In this document: positions 9,068 to 18,349 of the stretch, piece by piece | Numbering within the stretch: the stretch's first letter is position 1 | Layout of the letters: every line of letters starts with the position of its first letter | Sequence record: LC739537.1 | Source: Escherichia phage phiWec188 | Length of the DNA: 64,000 nucleotides | Reading direction: 5' to 3' (one strand) | Made by a program: the position numbers and the translations under genes | Notes under the pieces: model-generated | What the model was told of the DNA's origin: nothing | What the model saw: only the letters and a program-made list of their open reading frames with translations | Database searches by the model: none

Positions 9068-9277
9068 ATGAAAAAGACAATTGTGGCGTTACTGTTGGCA
9101 ACAAGTTTCTCGGCAGCGGCTGGACAAACTACTCTCATTCTTTCGGATGAGGAAGTTAGCGGCAATACTAAATATTGTTTCTATTCCAACTCCATCTACG
9201 ACAAAGTTATCCAGATCTCTGCGAGTCGGCAATGTCCTTACACAAAAACATTCAGTACGGATGATGACGATGAATAA
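9068..9277 (+). CDS. small secreted protein with signal peptide (69 aa)
   Basis: MKKTIVALLLATSFSAAAGQ signal-peptide-like N-terminus; AGGAGG RBS; internal start of ORF 9020..9277. Confidence 0.55.
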   Translation: MKKTIVALLLATSFSAAAGQTTLILSDEEVSGNTKYCFYSNSIYDKVIQISASRQCPYTKTFSTDDDDE

Positions 9278-9321
9278 TAGGGGGAATTATCAGCGGGTAC
9301 ATTTTAATAAAACCGGAAGAT

Positions 9322-10413
9322 TTGCACAAGTATGTTGACCTAAACACTGTTGTGGTTATCGATTATGACCAAGTGGCTTTCCAAGCAGCTTCTGCTGTAG
9401 AGAAGCGTCGTATATTGGCTAAACATGCAGCCTCCGGTTCCGAAAAAGAATTTGACAATAAGACAGAGTTTTGGGGTAAGAGTAAAACTGAAATTGGTGG
9501 TTGGCTTGGAGCATTGAATGCTAAACGAGAAGAGCAGGGTAAACGTCCTTTCACCAAAGAAGAGTTTGAAATTGTCGATGTGCAGTACGTACCAGACACT
9601 TTGTCACATGCTTTTCAAGCAGCTAAAACAAAAGTTCAAGCGATCTTAAAGCATTTAAGTTTAGAAAAATATTGCGGGGTTATTGGTGTAGGGAAAACCT
9701 TCCGACATGATTTTAAGATGCCTACCGAGTATAAATCTGAACGATCTGACATTAAGCCTTTACAACTATCCGATACCAAAGACTACTTGGTAGAGCAACA
9801 CAATGGGGATGTTGTTACGGTTATCGAAGCCGATGATGAATTAGAGAAGTACGGTTTCCAAGGTTACAAAGATTACAAACGCACAGGAAAATTCTCTTAC
9901 ATCCTGGCGTCAATAGATAAAGACAGCCTATCCACTCCAAGCATCCTCTTTAACTTCTACAAAGAAGACGGTGTATTCAAGAATCCAGATATCATCTTGA
10001 TAGACGAGTCCATCGGAGACTTGTGGATTGTTGAAAAGGGCAAGAAAAAAGAGGTGAAGGGTTGGGGATCTTTCTGGTTGGCCTATCAGATGCTGATGGG
10101 AGATAAAACGGATAGCATCCGTCCTTACCAGGATTTTGGTATTAAGTTTGGAGACGTTTCTTGCTTCAACTTGATATCTGAATGCAAGACCCAAGCTGAA
10201 CTTTTCCAGAAAGTGAAAGATACATTTTATACCTGGTTCCCTGAAGGTGTTAAATTTACATCTTGGGATCGGGAAGCAGTAGAATTAACAACCGATCAAT
10301 GGATCGAGACAATATTCCAACTTGTTTACATGAAGCGTTGGGATAACGATAACACAACTTTTGAGAGTATGCTTCAAGCGTACATTTCACAACAGGAGAC
10401 AATTAATGAGTAA
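9322..10413 (+). CDS. 5'-3' exonuclease / flap endonuclease, T4 RNase H-like (363 aa)
   Basis: N-terminal VVIDYDQVAFQAASA, GKTFRHDF and ILASIDKDSL segments parallel T4 RNase H (LIDFSQIAL, SGYWRRDF, ILIISSDGDF); probable TTG start. Confidence 0.6.
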   Translation: MHKYVDLNTVVVIDYDQVAFQAASAVEKRRILAKHAASGSEKEFDNKTEFWGKSKTEIGGWLGALNAKREEQGKRPFTKEEFEIVDVQYVPDTLSHAFQAAKTKVQAILKHLSLEKYCGVIGVGKTFRHDFKMPTEYKSERSDIKPLQLSDTKDYLVEQHNGDVVTVIEADDELEKYGFQGYKDYKRTGKFSYILASIDKDSLSTPSILFNFYKEDGVFKNPDIILIDESIGDLWIVEKGKKKEVKGWGSFWLAYQMLMGDKTDSIRPYQDFGIKFGDVSCFNLISECKTQAELFQKVKDTFYTWFPEGVKFTSWDREAVELTTDQWIETIFQLVYMKRWDNDNTTFESMLQAYISQQETINE

Positions 10414-11371
10414 ATTAACAACAGAGCAGAAAGTAGAAATCATTAGCCTTAAAACACAAGGTCTTTCTTCTCGCCAGATCGCTGCATTAGTTCTCGGTAG
10501 CGCGACAAAGAAAAGTACAGTGAACGATTTCTTGGTTCGTGAAAACTCTGCCAACGCTGGAACTCCTAAAGTTAAACCAGAAGGTCCAGTAGTTAAAATT
10601 ATTGACGTTGAAACAGCACCAGAAATTGCGTATACTTTCCGTCGATTCAAAGCTTTTATCTCTCCTGATCAGGTGATTCGCCGTGGTTACTTGTTGTCCT
10701 ACTCTTCCGCAGATCTGCGTACTGCTGAAGTTGAAGGTAAGAACTTGGCAAGCTACCCTCTGTTCGATATTGATCACACAGACGATTGGGAACTGTGCCA
10801 AGACATTTGGAAGCTTCTGGATGAAGCTGATATCGTTGTAGCTCACAACGGTGTTAAATTTGACCGTGCTTATATTAACCAGCGTTTCGCATACCACGGA
10901 ATGGTTCCTCCATCGAACTATGTTGTGGTCGATACTCTGAAAGCAGCTAAGAAACAATTCTTCTTACCATCTAATTCTCTGAAAGAGATGGGTGCTTACT
11001 TTGAAACAGAGAGCGAAAAACTTGATAACGAAGGGTTCCCGTTGTGGAAGGCTTGTTGTGAAGGTGATCGTGATGCGTTTGAACGTATGCAAACTTACAA
11101 CGATGGTGATGTAGTTTCTCTGCGAGATCTGTACATTAAGATTCTGGCGTGGATTCCGCAACATCCTAACGTATCTGCTTACTACGAAGATACTAAAGTT
11201 CGTTGCTCTCGTTGTGGCAGTGCACATGTGAATGTACTGGCAGATAAGAAGTACCACACAGCAGTAAGTTCTTTTGATATTATTCGTTGTGAAGATTGTG
11301 GTGGACTTTCTCGTGGACGTGTTAACAGCCGTTCCAAAGATAAGATGAAAAATACCATTGTCGGGATTTAA
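10406..11371 (+). CDS. DnaQ-like (DEDD) 3'-5' exonuclease with N-terminal HTH and C-terminal Cys4 element (321 aa)
   Basis: Exo I IIDVETAPE, Exo II VVAHNGVKFD, Exo III YNDGD motifs; CSRCG...CEDCGG zinc-ribbon; AGGAGA RBS, ATGA-type overlap. Confidence 0.55.
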   Translation: MSKLTTEQKVEIISLKTQGLSSRQIAALVLGSATKKSTVNDFLVRENSANAGTPKVKPEGPVVKIIDVETAPEIAYTFRRFKAFISPDQVIRRGYLLSYSSADLRTAEVEGKNLASYPLFDIDHTDDWELCQDIWKLLDEADIVVAHNGVKFDRAYINQRFAYHGMVPPSNYVVVDTLKAAKKQFFLPSNSLKEMGAYFETESEKLDNEGFPLWKACCEGDRDAFERMQTYNDGDVVSLRDLYIKILAWIPQHPNVSAYYEDTKVRCSRCGSAHVNVLADKKYHTAVSSFDIIRCEDCGGLSRGRVNSRSKDKMKNTIVGI

Positions 11372-11373
11372 TA

Positions 11374-11400
11374 AGAAAGGGGCTTCGGCCCCTTTTTTCA
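11374..11400 (+). terminator. rho-independent terminator (GGGGC-TTCG-GCCCC + TTTTTT)
   Basis: perfect 5-bp GC stem, tetraloop, 6-T run right after stop; coordinates approximate. Confidence 0.65.
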
Positions 11401-11407
11401 TTTAAGT

Positions 11408-11438
11408 GTTGACACAGAGAACTAATTGCGATACAATC
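11408..11438 (+). promoter_or_regulatory. sigma70-type promoter TTGACA-N17-TACAAT
   Basis: consensus -35, 17-nt spacer, good -10, about 45 nt upstream of ATG 11481. Confidence 0.5.
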
Positions 11439-11480
11439 TTTATCAACAAGGCATACCGCCTTAAACAAGAGGAGACTATC

Positions 11481-11939
11481 ATGAGTAAGAATATTATTGT
11501 TTTTCGTAACGCTGCTGATTTCCGTAATTATGCCGCAGAATCTGGTCGTAACAATGCAGCCCGTGCTTTGTATCGTCAGTTCTTACGTTTAAATAATCTG
11601 GACCGTAACGAGCTAATCCAGGATTCCTCTGGTTTGACAGTAGGGAAAGATAACCGTCAACAGGTACTTATCGGAGGTTGCCTGTACGGTGTGTCTGTGA
11701 ACGATAAAGGTGATTGCCGTCAGTACGACAGTGACTATGTTGGTCTGATTAATATCTCCCCGACTACGGGCAGAGTTCTACTGGCATTCACTAACGATTT
11801 GTCTTTACACAAGAAACCAAACTTGATCCGCACAAAAGGAAACAATGCATCTTATAACGCTGCTCTTAGCGAAGATGCTTCTGTAGAGCTTGAAAACTTT
11901 AAAATCTGGGATAATACCACTCCAGAACAAAATTACTAA
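11481..11939 (+). CDS. hypothetical protein (152 aa)
   Basis: internal ATG of ORF 11406..11939 preceded by AAGAGGAGA; ORF-track N-terminus would overlap the promoter. Confidence 0.55.
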   Translation: MSKNIIVFRNAADFRNYAAESGRNNAARALYRQFLRLNNLDRNELIQDSSGLTVGKDNRQQVLIGGCLYGVSVNDKGDCRQYDSDYVGLINISPTTGRVLLAFTNDLSLHKKPNLIRTKGNNASYNAALSEDASVELENFKIWDNTTPEQNY

Positions 11940-11948
11940 GGGGGTTGA

Positions 11949-12176
11949 ATGAGCATTACATTAACGGGTAATGAAATTTTTGAATTATTTGAAATGTTAG
12001 GGATGAGTTATTCTATTGACAAAGACCCTGATCTTCTAAATGTGGAGATCACCGTTTTAGAGAATGGTGAACTTCTTGATGATAACGGTAATGTTATGTA
12101 CCGTGGTCGCGTTGCTTATTACACAGACTACCCTGAAGAAGGTGGAGTCGGAATCCAGGAGGAAAATTATGTCTAA
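11949..12176 (+). CDS. hypothetical protein (75 aa)
   Basis: AAGGGGG RBS. Confidence 0.5.
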   Translation: MSITLTGNEIFELFEMLGMSYSIDKDPDLLNVEITVLENGELLDDNGNVMYRGRVAYYTDYPEEGGVGIQEENYV

Positions 12177-12567
12177 TGCATTTAATGATCAAGTTGACGG
12201 ACACCATTACACAGATATGGTAATGCAACCTATAGAGTTGGCTTATCTTGTAGGTGGCACACCTTGTTTCTGCAAGCTTGCTAAATACTCTACTCGTGTC
12301 AAGGGTGATCGCATGATCAACTTGGACAAAGCTATTCATTGCATCGCGCTGGAAGCTACCATGATGGAGAACCATAGTTTCATGGTACAGGAAAACTACC
12401 CAGCAGCCACAAGTAAGGCCAAAACTGATCAAGCCATGTTGCTGATTGACTTCTTCACAAAAGATCCCTTAATCCGCGAAGCTTTGAAGTGTATGTATTG
12501 TTCTTACTACCAAGATGCAATGATCGCTATCCGAAAACTTAAGGAACAAATTAGTAATGGCGAATAA
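12169..12567 (+). CDS. hypothetical protein, DUF3310-like (132 aa)
   Basis: AGGAGGAAAA RBS at internal ATG; GHHY...IELAYL...KYSTRVKG...DLDKA pattern as I recall for DUF3310 phage proteins. Confidence 0.35.
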   Translation: MSNAFNDQVDGHHYTDMVMQPIELAYLVGGTPCFCKLAKYSTRVKGDRMINLDKAIHCIALEATMMENHSFMVQENYPAATSKAKTDQAMLLIDFFTKDPLIREALKCMYCSYYQDAMIAIRKLKEQISNGE

Positions 12568-12748
12568 CACAAAACAGTACGGGGAAGGTGAGGTTTATAA
12601 AATTTATAACCGTAAAGGGGATAAGCTTTTAGTAACTATCACCATTCCAGAAAATATGTGCAAGGCAGGTTTGGATCGCCTGTTGTTCTTTAAACACAAT
12701 ATTCCACCTGGTGAATACACAATCAAGAAGGTGCCAATTGTCAAGTAA
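12557..12748 (+). CDS. hypothetical protein (63 aa)
   Basis: co-directional ORF with overlap to previous stop; weak RBS. Confidence 0.4.
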   Translation: MANNTKQYGEGEVYKIYNRKGDKLLVTITIPENMCKAGLDRLLFFKHNIPPGEYTIKKVPIVK

Positions 12749-12761
12749 AGAACCTAAAGTA

Positions 12762-13316
12762 ATGTGGGGCGAAGGAACGCCCTGGAAAACCCAATCGGAG
12801 TTCTATACATATTTACGGGGATGTTTACGTCAAGCATGGATGCGACACCCAAACAAAATCAAAGTTCTTCAAGCTAAACGTTACAAAGTTGACCGCCTTG
12901 ACAAAGACGGAAATGTGATGTTAGATAAGAAGACGGGTAAACCAAAACAAGTTTGGAACTGCAAATGTGAACTTTGTGGACATACAGGAGGAATGAAAGA
13001 CTTCCAGGTTGACCACATTCATGCAGCTAAAGCCTTGCAATGTTTTCAGGATATTCCTGACTTTGTTTTGCGTTTGATTTATGTCAAAGAAGAAGATTTG
13101 CGTATGGTTTGTAAGCTTTGCAACTCTATCTTAGCCTATGCAGATAAGCAGGGCATCTCCTTCGAGGCAGCAGCCGTTGAGAAGGAAGCTATTGCGATCT
13201 GTCAAGCGAAGAAAGATAAGAAGTGGTTGGAGTCCAAAGGTGTGACACCTGAATCCACAGCAGCAAAACGACGCAAACAAATAGTCCAAATCTTATTGAC
13301 CGAAAGAGGTCTTTGA
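12762..13316 (+). CDS. putative HNH-type endonuclease (184 aa)
   Basis: CELCGHTGG...FQVDHIH...CKLCN pattern resembles HNH motif (Cys pairs flanking DH); start uncertain. Confidence 0.35.
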   Translation: MWGEGTPWKTQSEFYTYLRGCLRQAWMRHPNKIKVLQAKRYKVDRLDKDGNVMLDKKTGKPKQVWNCKCELCGHTGGMKDFQVDHIHAAKALQCFQDIPDFVLRLIYVKEEDLRMVCKLCNSILAYADKQGISFEAAAVEKEAIAICQAKKDKKWLESKGVTPESTAAKRRKQIVQILLTERGL

Positions 13317-13347
13317 GGTACTATGAAATAACTGGAGAGGAGGGATT

Positions 13348-13965
13348 ATGAAGATAGTTTGTGATTGGGATCTGGTGGTTGCTCCACTGGATGTTGCTTG
13401 GCTGGAATGGTTGGTTAAAGTTAGCGGAGATTGTGTAGGCTTCTGCGGAGCTGTCAAAAATGTTGACTACGATCTTACTAAATACTTCCCAGGTTTCCGT
13501 GAGAAGTTTAACATCGATCCTTACGGCTTTCTGGATAATTCCCATCTCTACGATACAATGGGATGTATCAAACCTATGGCTAACTTCTTAGAAGGTGTTG
13601 TGAAAGAGGGAGATAATGCACTTATTGCAAGTGTGACTAAAGGTGGACACCTTAGCTCAAAACACAAACATGTTTTAAGAACTTTGCCAACCATCGATTT
13701 TGGTAAAGGTTCTGGTAATGGTTTCTTTGCCACAAAAGAAAAATACCTGTTGCCTTGTGATATTGCCATAGATGACAGGGCAGAAAACCTGTTGTATTTT
13801 CCAGACCATGTTGTTAAGATTTACTACAATACGATGTATAAAGATTTGTATTTGGAAGAATTAAAAAAGAAACCAAATGTAGTTGTCACAGGTTTGTACA
13901 ATCAAGCAGAAACCTGTTGGCAAGTTTATTCAATGTTAAAAGAACGAGGAGAAATTAATGTCTAA
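13348..13965 (+). CDS. HAD-superfamily 5'(3')-deoxyribonucleotidase-like protein (205 aa)
   Basis: N-terminal VCDWDLVV (HAD motif I DxDxV) and C-terminal AIDDR (motif IV); GGAGAGGAGGG RBS. Confidence 0.4.
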   Translation: MKIVCDWDLVVAPLDVAWLEWLVKVSGDCVGFCGAVKNVDYDLTKYFPGFREKFNIDPYGFLDNSHLYDTMGCIKPMANFLEGVVKEGDNALIASVTKGGHLSSKHKHVLRTLPTIDFGKGSGNGFFATKEKYLLPCDIAIDDRAENLLYFPDHVVKIYYNTMYKDLYLEELKKKPNVVVTGLYNQAETCWQVYSMLKERGEINV

Positions 13966-14953
13966 TATCAGTGCACAAGTCATCGCCCAGTCTATGAACG
14001 CAGAAGGGCAAGTGATTACAACTTTCGAACTGGAATACCCACGTATCATCCATTCTGAGTTGATGACGCACCGCTTATTCTCCCGCAACGCGGCTTCAAG
14101 CCGTGCTATTCCGGTGAAGACCCTGATTGAAATGGTTCGCAAAGAACCTGCTGCACCTGTTCGTTTTGGTCAACACCAACCTGGGATGCAGGATCAAGGC
14201 GTAGAATATGATGCTCTTATTGGGGCAGGTTACTCAGGTCGTGAGTGGTGGAATTTAGCTGCGCTTAGTGCAGCAAACTTTGCAGAACAAATGGCGGAAG
14301 CTGGTTACGCGAAGCAGGTTTGTAATCGCCTTCTTGAACCATTCCAGAGAATGAAGACGGTTCTGACAGCAACCGAGTATGAAAACTTCTGGTGGCTACG
14401 TGATGACGCTGATGCTGATCCGACTATTGAAGCTTTAGCTAAAGTTATGTTTGAAGCTTATGAAGCCTCTACTCCAGAACTGCTGGCTCCAGGACAATGG
14501 CATACGCCTTACGTAGATCACGTCTACGAGAACATCGGTCTGGAAGGTGATGATGTTTTGGTATTCGCTGGGTATAGCACTACAGATGAAAATGGTGATA
14601 CTGTCATGCTGTCGCTGGAAGAAGCACTTGCAATCTCTTCTTCTTGTTGCGCACAAGTGAGCTATCGTCGTCTGAATGCAACTAAAGATAAAGCTTTGGA
14701 TATCTACGGACGTTTGCTTACTGGTCGTAAAGTCCACGCTTCTCCGTTTGAACATCAAGCTACACCTATGCAAGCAACCTTGGAACTTCTTGGTGAGAAT
14801 TCGTCTGAAGATATTCTTATTAACGTTCCGTGGTATGCAGCTTCTTGGGAAGTAGGTATTACTCACAGCGATCGTAACGAAAAACTGTGGTCTGGAAATT
14901 TCAAAGGATTTATCCAGCACCGTCAGCTTTTAAATAATCATACTAAATGGTGA
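13958..14953 (+). CDS. thyX: FAD-dependent thymidylate synthase ThyX-like (331 aa)
   Basis: ThyX-type signature segment HSELMTHRLFSRNAASSRAIP (RHR...S..R-like) near N-terminus; size appropriate; located in nucleotide-metabolism cluster. Confidence 0.7.
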   Translation: MSNISAQVIAQSMNAEGQVITTFELEYPRIIHSELMTHRLFSRNAASSRAIPVKTLIEMVRKEPAAPVRFGQHQPGMQDQGVEYDALIGAGYSGREWWNLAALSAANFAEQMAEAGYAKQVCNRLLEPFQRMKTVLTATEYENFWWLRDDADADPTIEALAKVMFEAYEASTPELLAPGQWHTPYVDHVYENIGLEGDDVLVFAGYSTTDENGDTVMLSLEEALAISSSCCAQVSYRRLNATKDKALDIYGRLLTGRKVHASPFEHQATPMQATLELLGENSSEDILINVPWYAASWEVGITHSDRNEKLWSGNFKGFIQHRQLLNNHTKW

Positions 14954-14967
14954 TTCGAGTAAATTCT

Positions 14968-15000
14968 TATTGACTTTAGTATGAGATTTAGTGTAGTATA
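14968..15000 (+). promoter_or_regulatory. sigma70-type promoter TTGACT-N18-TAGTAT
   Basis: -35/-10 hexamers; coordinates approximate. Confidence 0.4.
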
Positions 15001-15009
15001 GCAAAACGT

Positions 15010-15034
15010 TGGGGGAGGTGAGATTCCCCCTTTA
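15010..15034 (+). promoter_or_regulatory. leader hairpin GGGGGA...TCCCCC followed by TTT
   Basis: 6-bp GC stem located between promoter and RBS of 15050 gene. Confidence 0.4.
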
Positions 15035-15049
15035 CAAAAGGAGAAAATT

Positions 15050-15460
15050 ATGTCATTAGTAAACACTACCACTTGGGCTACCGTGAGCATGTCTACCGTT
15101 AAGTCTACCCCAATCTGGAAGCAAGAGTCAGAAAAATACCGTGGTCATATTCCTCACGATCGTCACGCAGATGTACTTCGTGCCGCTCTGGTGTTCCTTG
15201 GTATGAACGAAGATGGCAACTTCTCTGTTGAGCGTAATGTTAACATTCGTAGTAACAACGACAACAGTTTGGTTTATATCAACACAACTCTTTATACTTT
15301 TGCTGTTAAAGAAAGCTGTCCTTTCAAACATATCTACCAAAAGAATGATATTTTTCATTATGGTGCTGAAGAATTTGGCGGTTGGGGTGTGACTCACACA
15401 AAAATGGACGATTTCGGTAATTCCTACGATCCTGCAAGAGCAGAAGACAATTCACTTTAA
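15050..15460 (+). CDS. hypothetical protein (136 aa)
   Basis: AAAGGAGAAAA RBS. Confidence 0.55.
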   Translation: MSLVNTTTWATVSMSTVKSTPIWKQESEKYRGHIPHDRHADVLRAALVFLGMNEDGNFSVERNVNIRSNNDNSLVYINTTLYTFAVKESCPFKHIYQKNDIFHYGAEEFGGWGVTHTKMDDFGNSYDPARAEDNSL

Positions 15461-15470
15461 GAGAGGGATA

Positions 15471-15716
15471 ATGACCGATAATAAATACGAAGGCTGTGAG
15501 ATTGAAGTTTACTTTGATGAGACAGTAGGCTGTAATGTTACAGTGATTTTAGATACTTCCAAACGCTTATCACCAAAACGACAAGAAGCAGATCGCAAAG
15601 CTAAAGCGAAAGGTTTCCACGATATAAATCATTTTGAAGGGTTCCTTTATGCGAACGGACTGTTTAACGAAATGAAATTTGGATACGATGTAGACGTGCT
15701 TGGGATTCATAGTTAA
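15471..15716 (+). CDS. hypothetical protein (81 aa)
   Basis: AGAGAGGGA RBS. Confidence 0.5.
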   Translation: MTDNKYEGCEIEVYFDETVGCNVTVILDTSKRLSPKRQEADRKAKAKGFHDINHFEGFLYANGLFNEMKFGYDVDVLGIHS

Positions 15717-15730
15717 GATAGGGAGGAGAA

Positions 15731-17971
15731 GTGATTCGATACGTTACTAAATCAAATGGCAAGACAGAAGAGTTTAATCCTGAAAAACTGCGTAAATGGT
15801 CTGAATTTGCAGCAGGGAAACTGAACTGGTCGGAAATTGAATTAGAAGCTGTGAAACGTTGTTACGATGGGGTGTCTACTCGTGATTTACATAAAGCTAT
15901 GATCGCCGCATGTATTGACAAAAAGACTCAAGCGTATAGCGACATGGCAGGTCGATTGCTTCTCGGTATGATTTACAAACAGGCTCACGGGGGATACCAC
16001 AGTATCCCTTCCCTGTACACCTTCTACCAGGATATGGTGAAGCGTGGACATTGGGCTAAGATGGATTATACCGAAGAAGAAATCAAAGAGATTGGTAAGA
16101 TTGTCAAACACAACAAGAATCTAACCTACGGTTATTCCGTTCTTCGTCAGATGGCAGATAAATACCTGGTTCGTGATGCTGTGAATGATGTTGTTCATGA
16201 GTCACCGCAATTCCTGTTTATTGGTGTGGCAATGCGTGTTATGGAGATCCAGCCTAAAGATCGTCGTATTGACGATATCAAAAAGCTGTACACATATGTA
16301 AGTGATCTTCAGATTAACTTACCATCTCCATATCTGACAACGTTACGTACTCCGATCAAGGGTAGCGCGTCTTGTTGTTTATTCCGTGCAGACGATACAG
16401 CAGAGTCTTTGGCTATTGCAAACTATTTGGCACACGAATACACGTTAAATAATGCAGGGATTGGTGTTAACCTCCAGACCCGTGCAACGGGACAGGGTGT
16501 TAAGAACAACCGTATCATTCATGGTGGTCTTCTCCCTTACCTGAAGTGGATGGAAGATAGTGTAGGAGCTTCTAAACAAGCGAGTCGTGGTGGTAGTGCA
16601 ACGGTTACGTTCACAATCTTGGAGCCAGATTTTGAAGATCTGATTCGACTGAAGAACCCAACCACTCCGATCGATAAGCGTGTTGATAAGCTGGATTATT
16701 CTGTTGTTGTAAACCGCTCCTTCCTTCGCCGTGCTGCTAAAGGTGAAGAGTGGATGCTTGTGAGTTGTGACGAAGCACCGGAACTTTACGAAGCACTGTA
16801 CAAAAGTGAAGAAGAGTTCGATGCTGTCTACGATAAAGTTAGTCGCCGTCGCATCAAAAAGAAAATTGTTAAGGCTCGTGACCTGTTGACTGAAATCATT
16901 GTTCAACGTGCAGAGACTGGACGTATTTATATGTTCTTCGCTGACAACGTAAACAATCACACTCCTTTCCTGGATACCGTGTATCAGTCGAACTTATGTC
17001 AGGAGATCTTTTTACCTACTAAAGCGTTCCATAAAATGACGGATCTCTTTACTGGTGAAAACACAGAAGATCAAGAATTGGCTTTATGCTTCTTGTCCTC
17101 TATCGTTGCTGGGCGAGTTACGCCGGAGCAATACGAAGATGTTGCGTACTACACTGTATTGACGATTGATAACGTTATTGAGACGATGGAATACCCATTC
17201 AAACATAACGAGATCACAGCTAAGGCTCGCCGCTCTATTGGCGTAGGTATTACAAACCTTGCACATTATCTGGCAAGCAACTTTGTAACCTATTCTGATC
17301 CTTATGCGAAGAAGCTGATGCATGAATTAGCAGAACGTCATTACTTCTGGTTGGCACAAGCCTCTCTGCGCTTGGCGAAAGAGAAAGGTAATGCCGAGTG
17401 GATGGATAAAACTAAGTGGCCTCAAGGTTGGCTCCCTATTGACACCTACGCTAAAGCAGTAGATACTATTGGGGACTTTGAACTGAAGCTGGATTGGGAA
17501 GGCTTACGTGCTGGTATCATTGAACAAGGCGGTATCCGTAACAGTGTGCTTGCAGCAGTGGCCCCGAACGAATCAAGTAGCTTGGTGAGTAACACTACCA
17601 ACTCACTCTACCCTGTACGTGACACGATCATGTACAAACAGAGTCAGAAAGGTAACGTACTGTTTATCGTACCGGATTACGAAAAACTGAAAATGTTCTA
17701 TCAGTCGGCGTGGGATACCCCGTCTAAAGATATTGCCGAGATGTACGGACTCTTCACTAAGTTTACGGATCAGGGTATCTCCTGTGATGCTTGGTTGGAT
17801 TATTCCAAAATGGAAGGTGGACGTTTATCAGTGAAAGCCGAGATGCAATTTATCTTGACATTTGCAAAGCTTGGTGGTAAATCTCTTTACTACCTGAACA
17901 GCCGAACCAAATCAGCAGAATCTATGGCCCAAGAAGATTCTGACGGTGGTTGTGAAGCTTGTAAAATGTAG
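15731..17971 (+). CDS. nrdA: ribonucleoside-diphosphate reductase class Ia alpha subunit (746 aa), GTG start
   Basis: N-terminal ATP-cone (VTKSNGKTEEFNPEKL), catalytic-site segments incl. SNLCQEI and C-terminal CxxC tail; AGGGAGGAG RBS. Confidence 0.95.
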   Translation: MIRYVTKSNGKTEEFNPEKLRKWSEFAAGKLNWSEIELEAVKRCYDGVSTRDLHKAMIAACIDKKTQAYSDMAGRLLLGMIYKQAHGGYHSIPSLYTFYQDMVKRGHWAKMDYTEEEIKEIGKIVKHNKNLTYGYSVLRQMADKYLVRDAVNDVVHESPQFLFIGVAMRVMEIQPKDRRIDDIKKLYTYVSDLQINLPSPYLTTLRTPIKGSASCCLFRADDTAESLAIANYLAHEYTLNNAGIGVNLQTRATGQGVKNNRIIHGGLLPYLKWMEDSVGASKQASRGGSATVTFTILEPDFEDLIRLKNPTTPIDKRVDKLDYSVVVNRSFLRRAAKGEEWMLVSCDEAPELYEALYKSEEEFDAVYDKVSRRRIKKKIVKARDLLTEIIVQRAETGRIYMFFADNVNNHTPFLDTVYQSNLCQEIFLPTKAFHKMTDLFTGENTEDQELALCFLSSIVAGRVTPEQYEDVAYYTVLTIDNVIETMEYPFKHNEITAKARRSIGVGITNLAHYLASNFVTYSDPYAKKLMHELAERHYFWLAQASLRLAKEKGNAEWMDKTKWPQGWLPIDTYAKAVDTIGDFELKLDWEGLRAGIIEQGGIRNSVLAAVAPNESSSLVSNTTNSLYPVRDTIMYKQSQKGNVLFIVPDYEKLKMFYQSAWDTPSKDIAEMYGLFTKFTDQGISCDAWLDYSKMEGGRLSVKAEMQFILTFAKLGGKSLYYLNSRTKSAESMAQEDSDGGCEACKM

Positions 17972-17975
17972 CAAT

Positions 17976-18000
17976 ATAGGGGCTTCGGCCCCTTTTTATT
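17976..18000 (+). terminator. rho-independent terminator (GGGGC-TTCG-GCCCC + TTTTTATT)
   Basis: identical stem-loop to terminator at 11.38 kb; follows nrdA stop. Confidence 0.6.
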
Positions 18001-18010
18001 GAGGAGGATT

Positions 18011-18349
18011 ATGAGCACACTTATAGTTTTACCTGGAGTAACCCCAATCTACCGACCTGGGTTTAAGCCTCTGTTGATTCGCCCTGAAGATTTTACCCCT
18101 ACTTGGTGTCACCATTATCTTGGTGGTCTTGAAATAGCTAACATGCAGATTTGGGAATCTTTTTATCCAGAAGCCACGGCTTACGCAATAACAAGGGCAA
18201 GAAGTGAAGAAACAGTGACTGTTATACTTGGTAGAAGCGTATGGGAAGCACTGGAAGCTTTCTACCGGAGCAATGATTTTGAGGAAGAAGATATTTTAAG
18301 CTTAAGAGGTTTTTGTGAAATAGTGGAGGATTTAAATGGCAGCAATTAA
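18011..18349 (+). CDS. hypothetical protein between nrdA and nrdB (112 aa)
   Basis: GAGGAGGA RBS at internal ATG of ORF 17999..18349. Confidence 0.5.
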   Translation: MSTLIVLPGVTPIYRPGFKPLLIRPEDFTPTWCHHYLGGLEIANMQIWESFYPEATAYAITRARSEETVTVILGRSVWEALEAFYRSNDFEEEDILSLRGFCEIVEDLNGSN

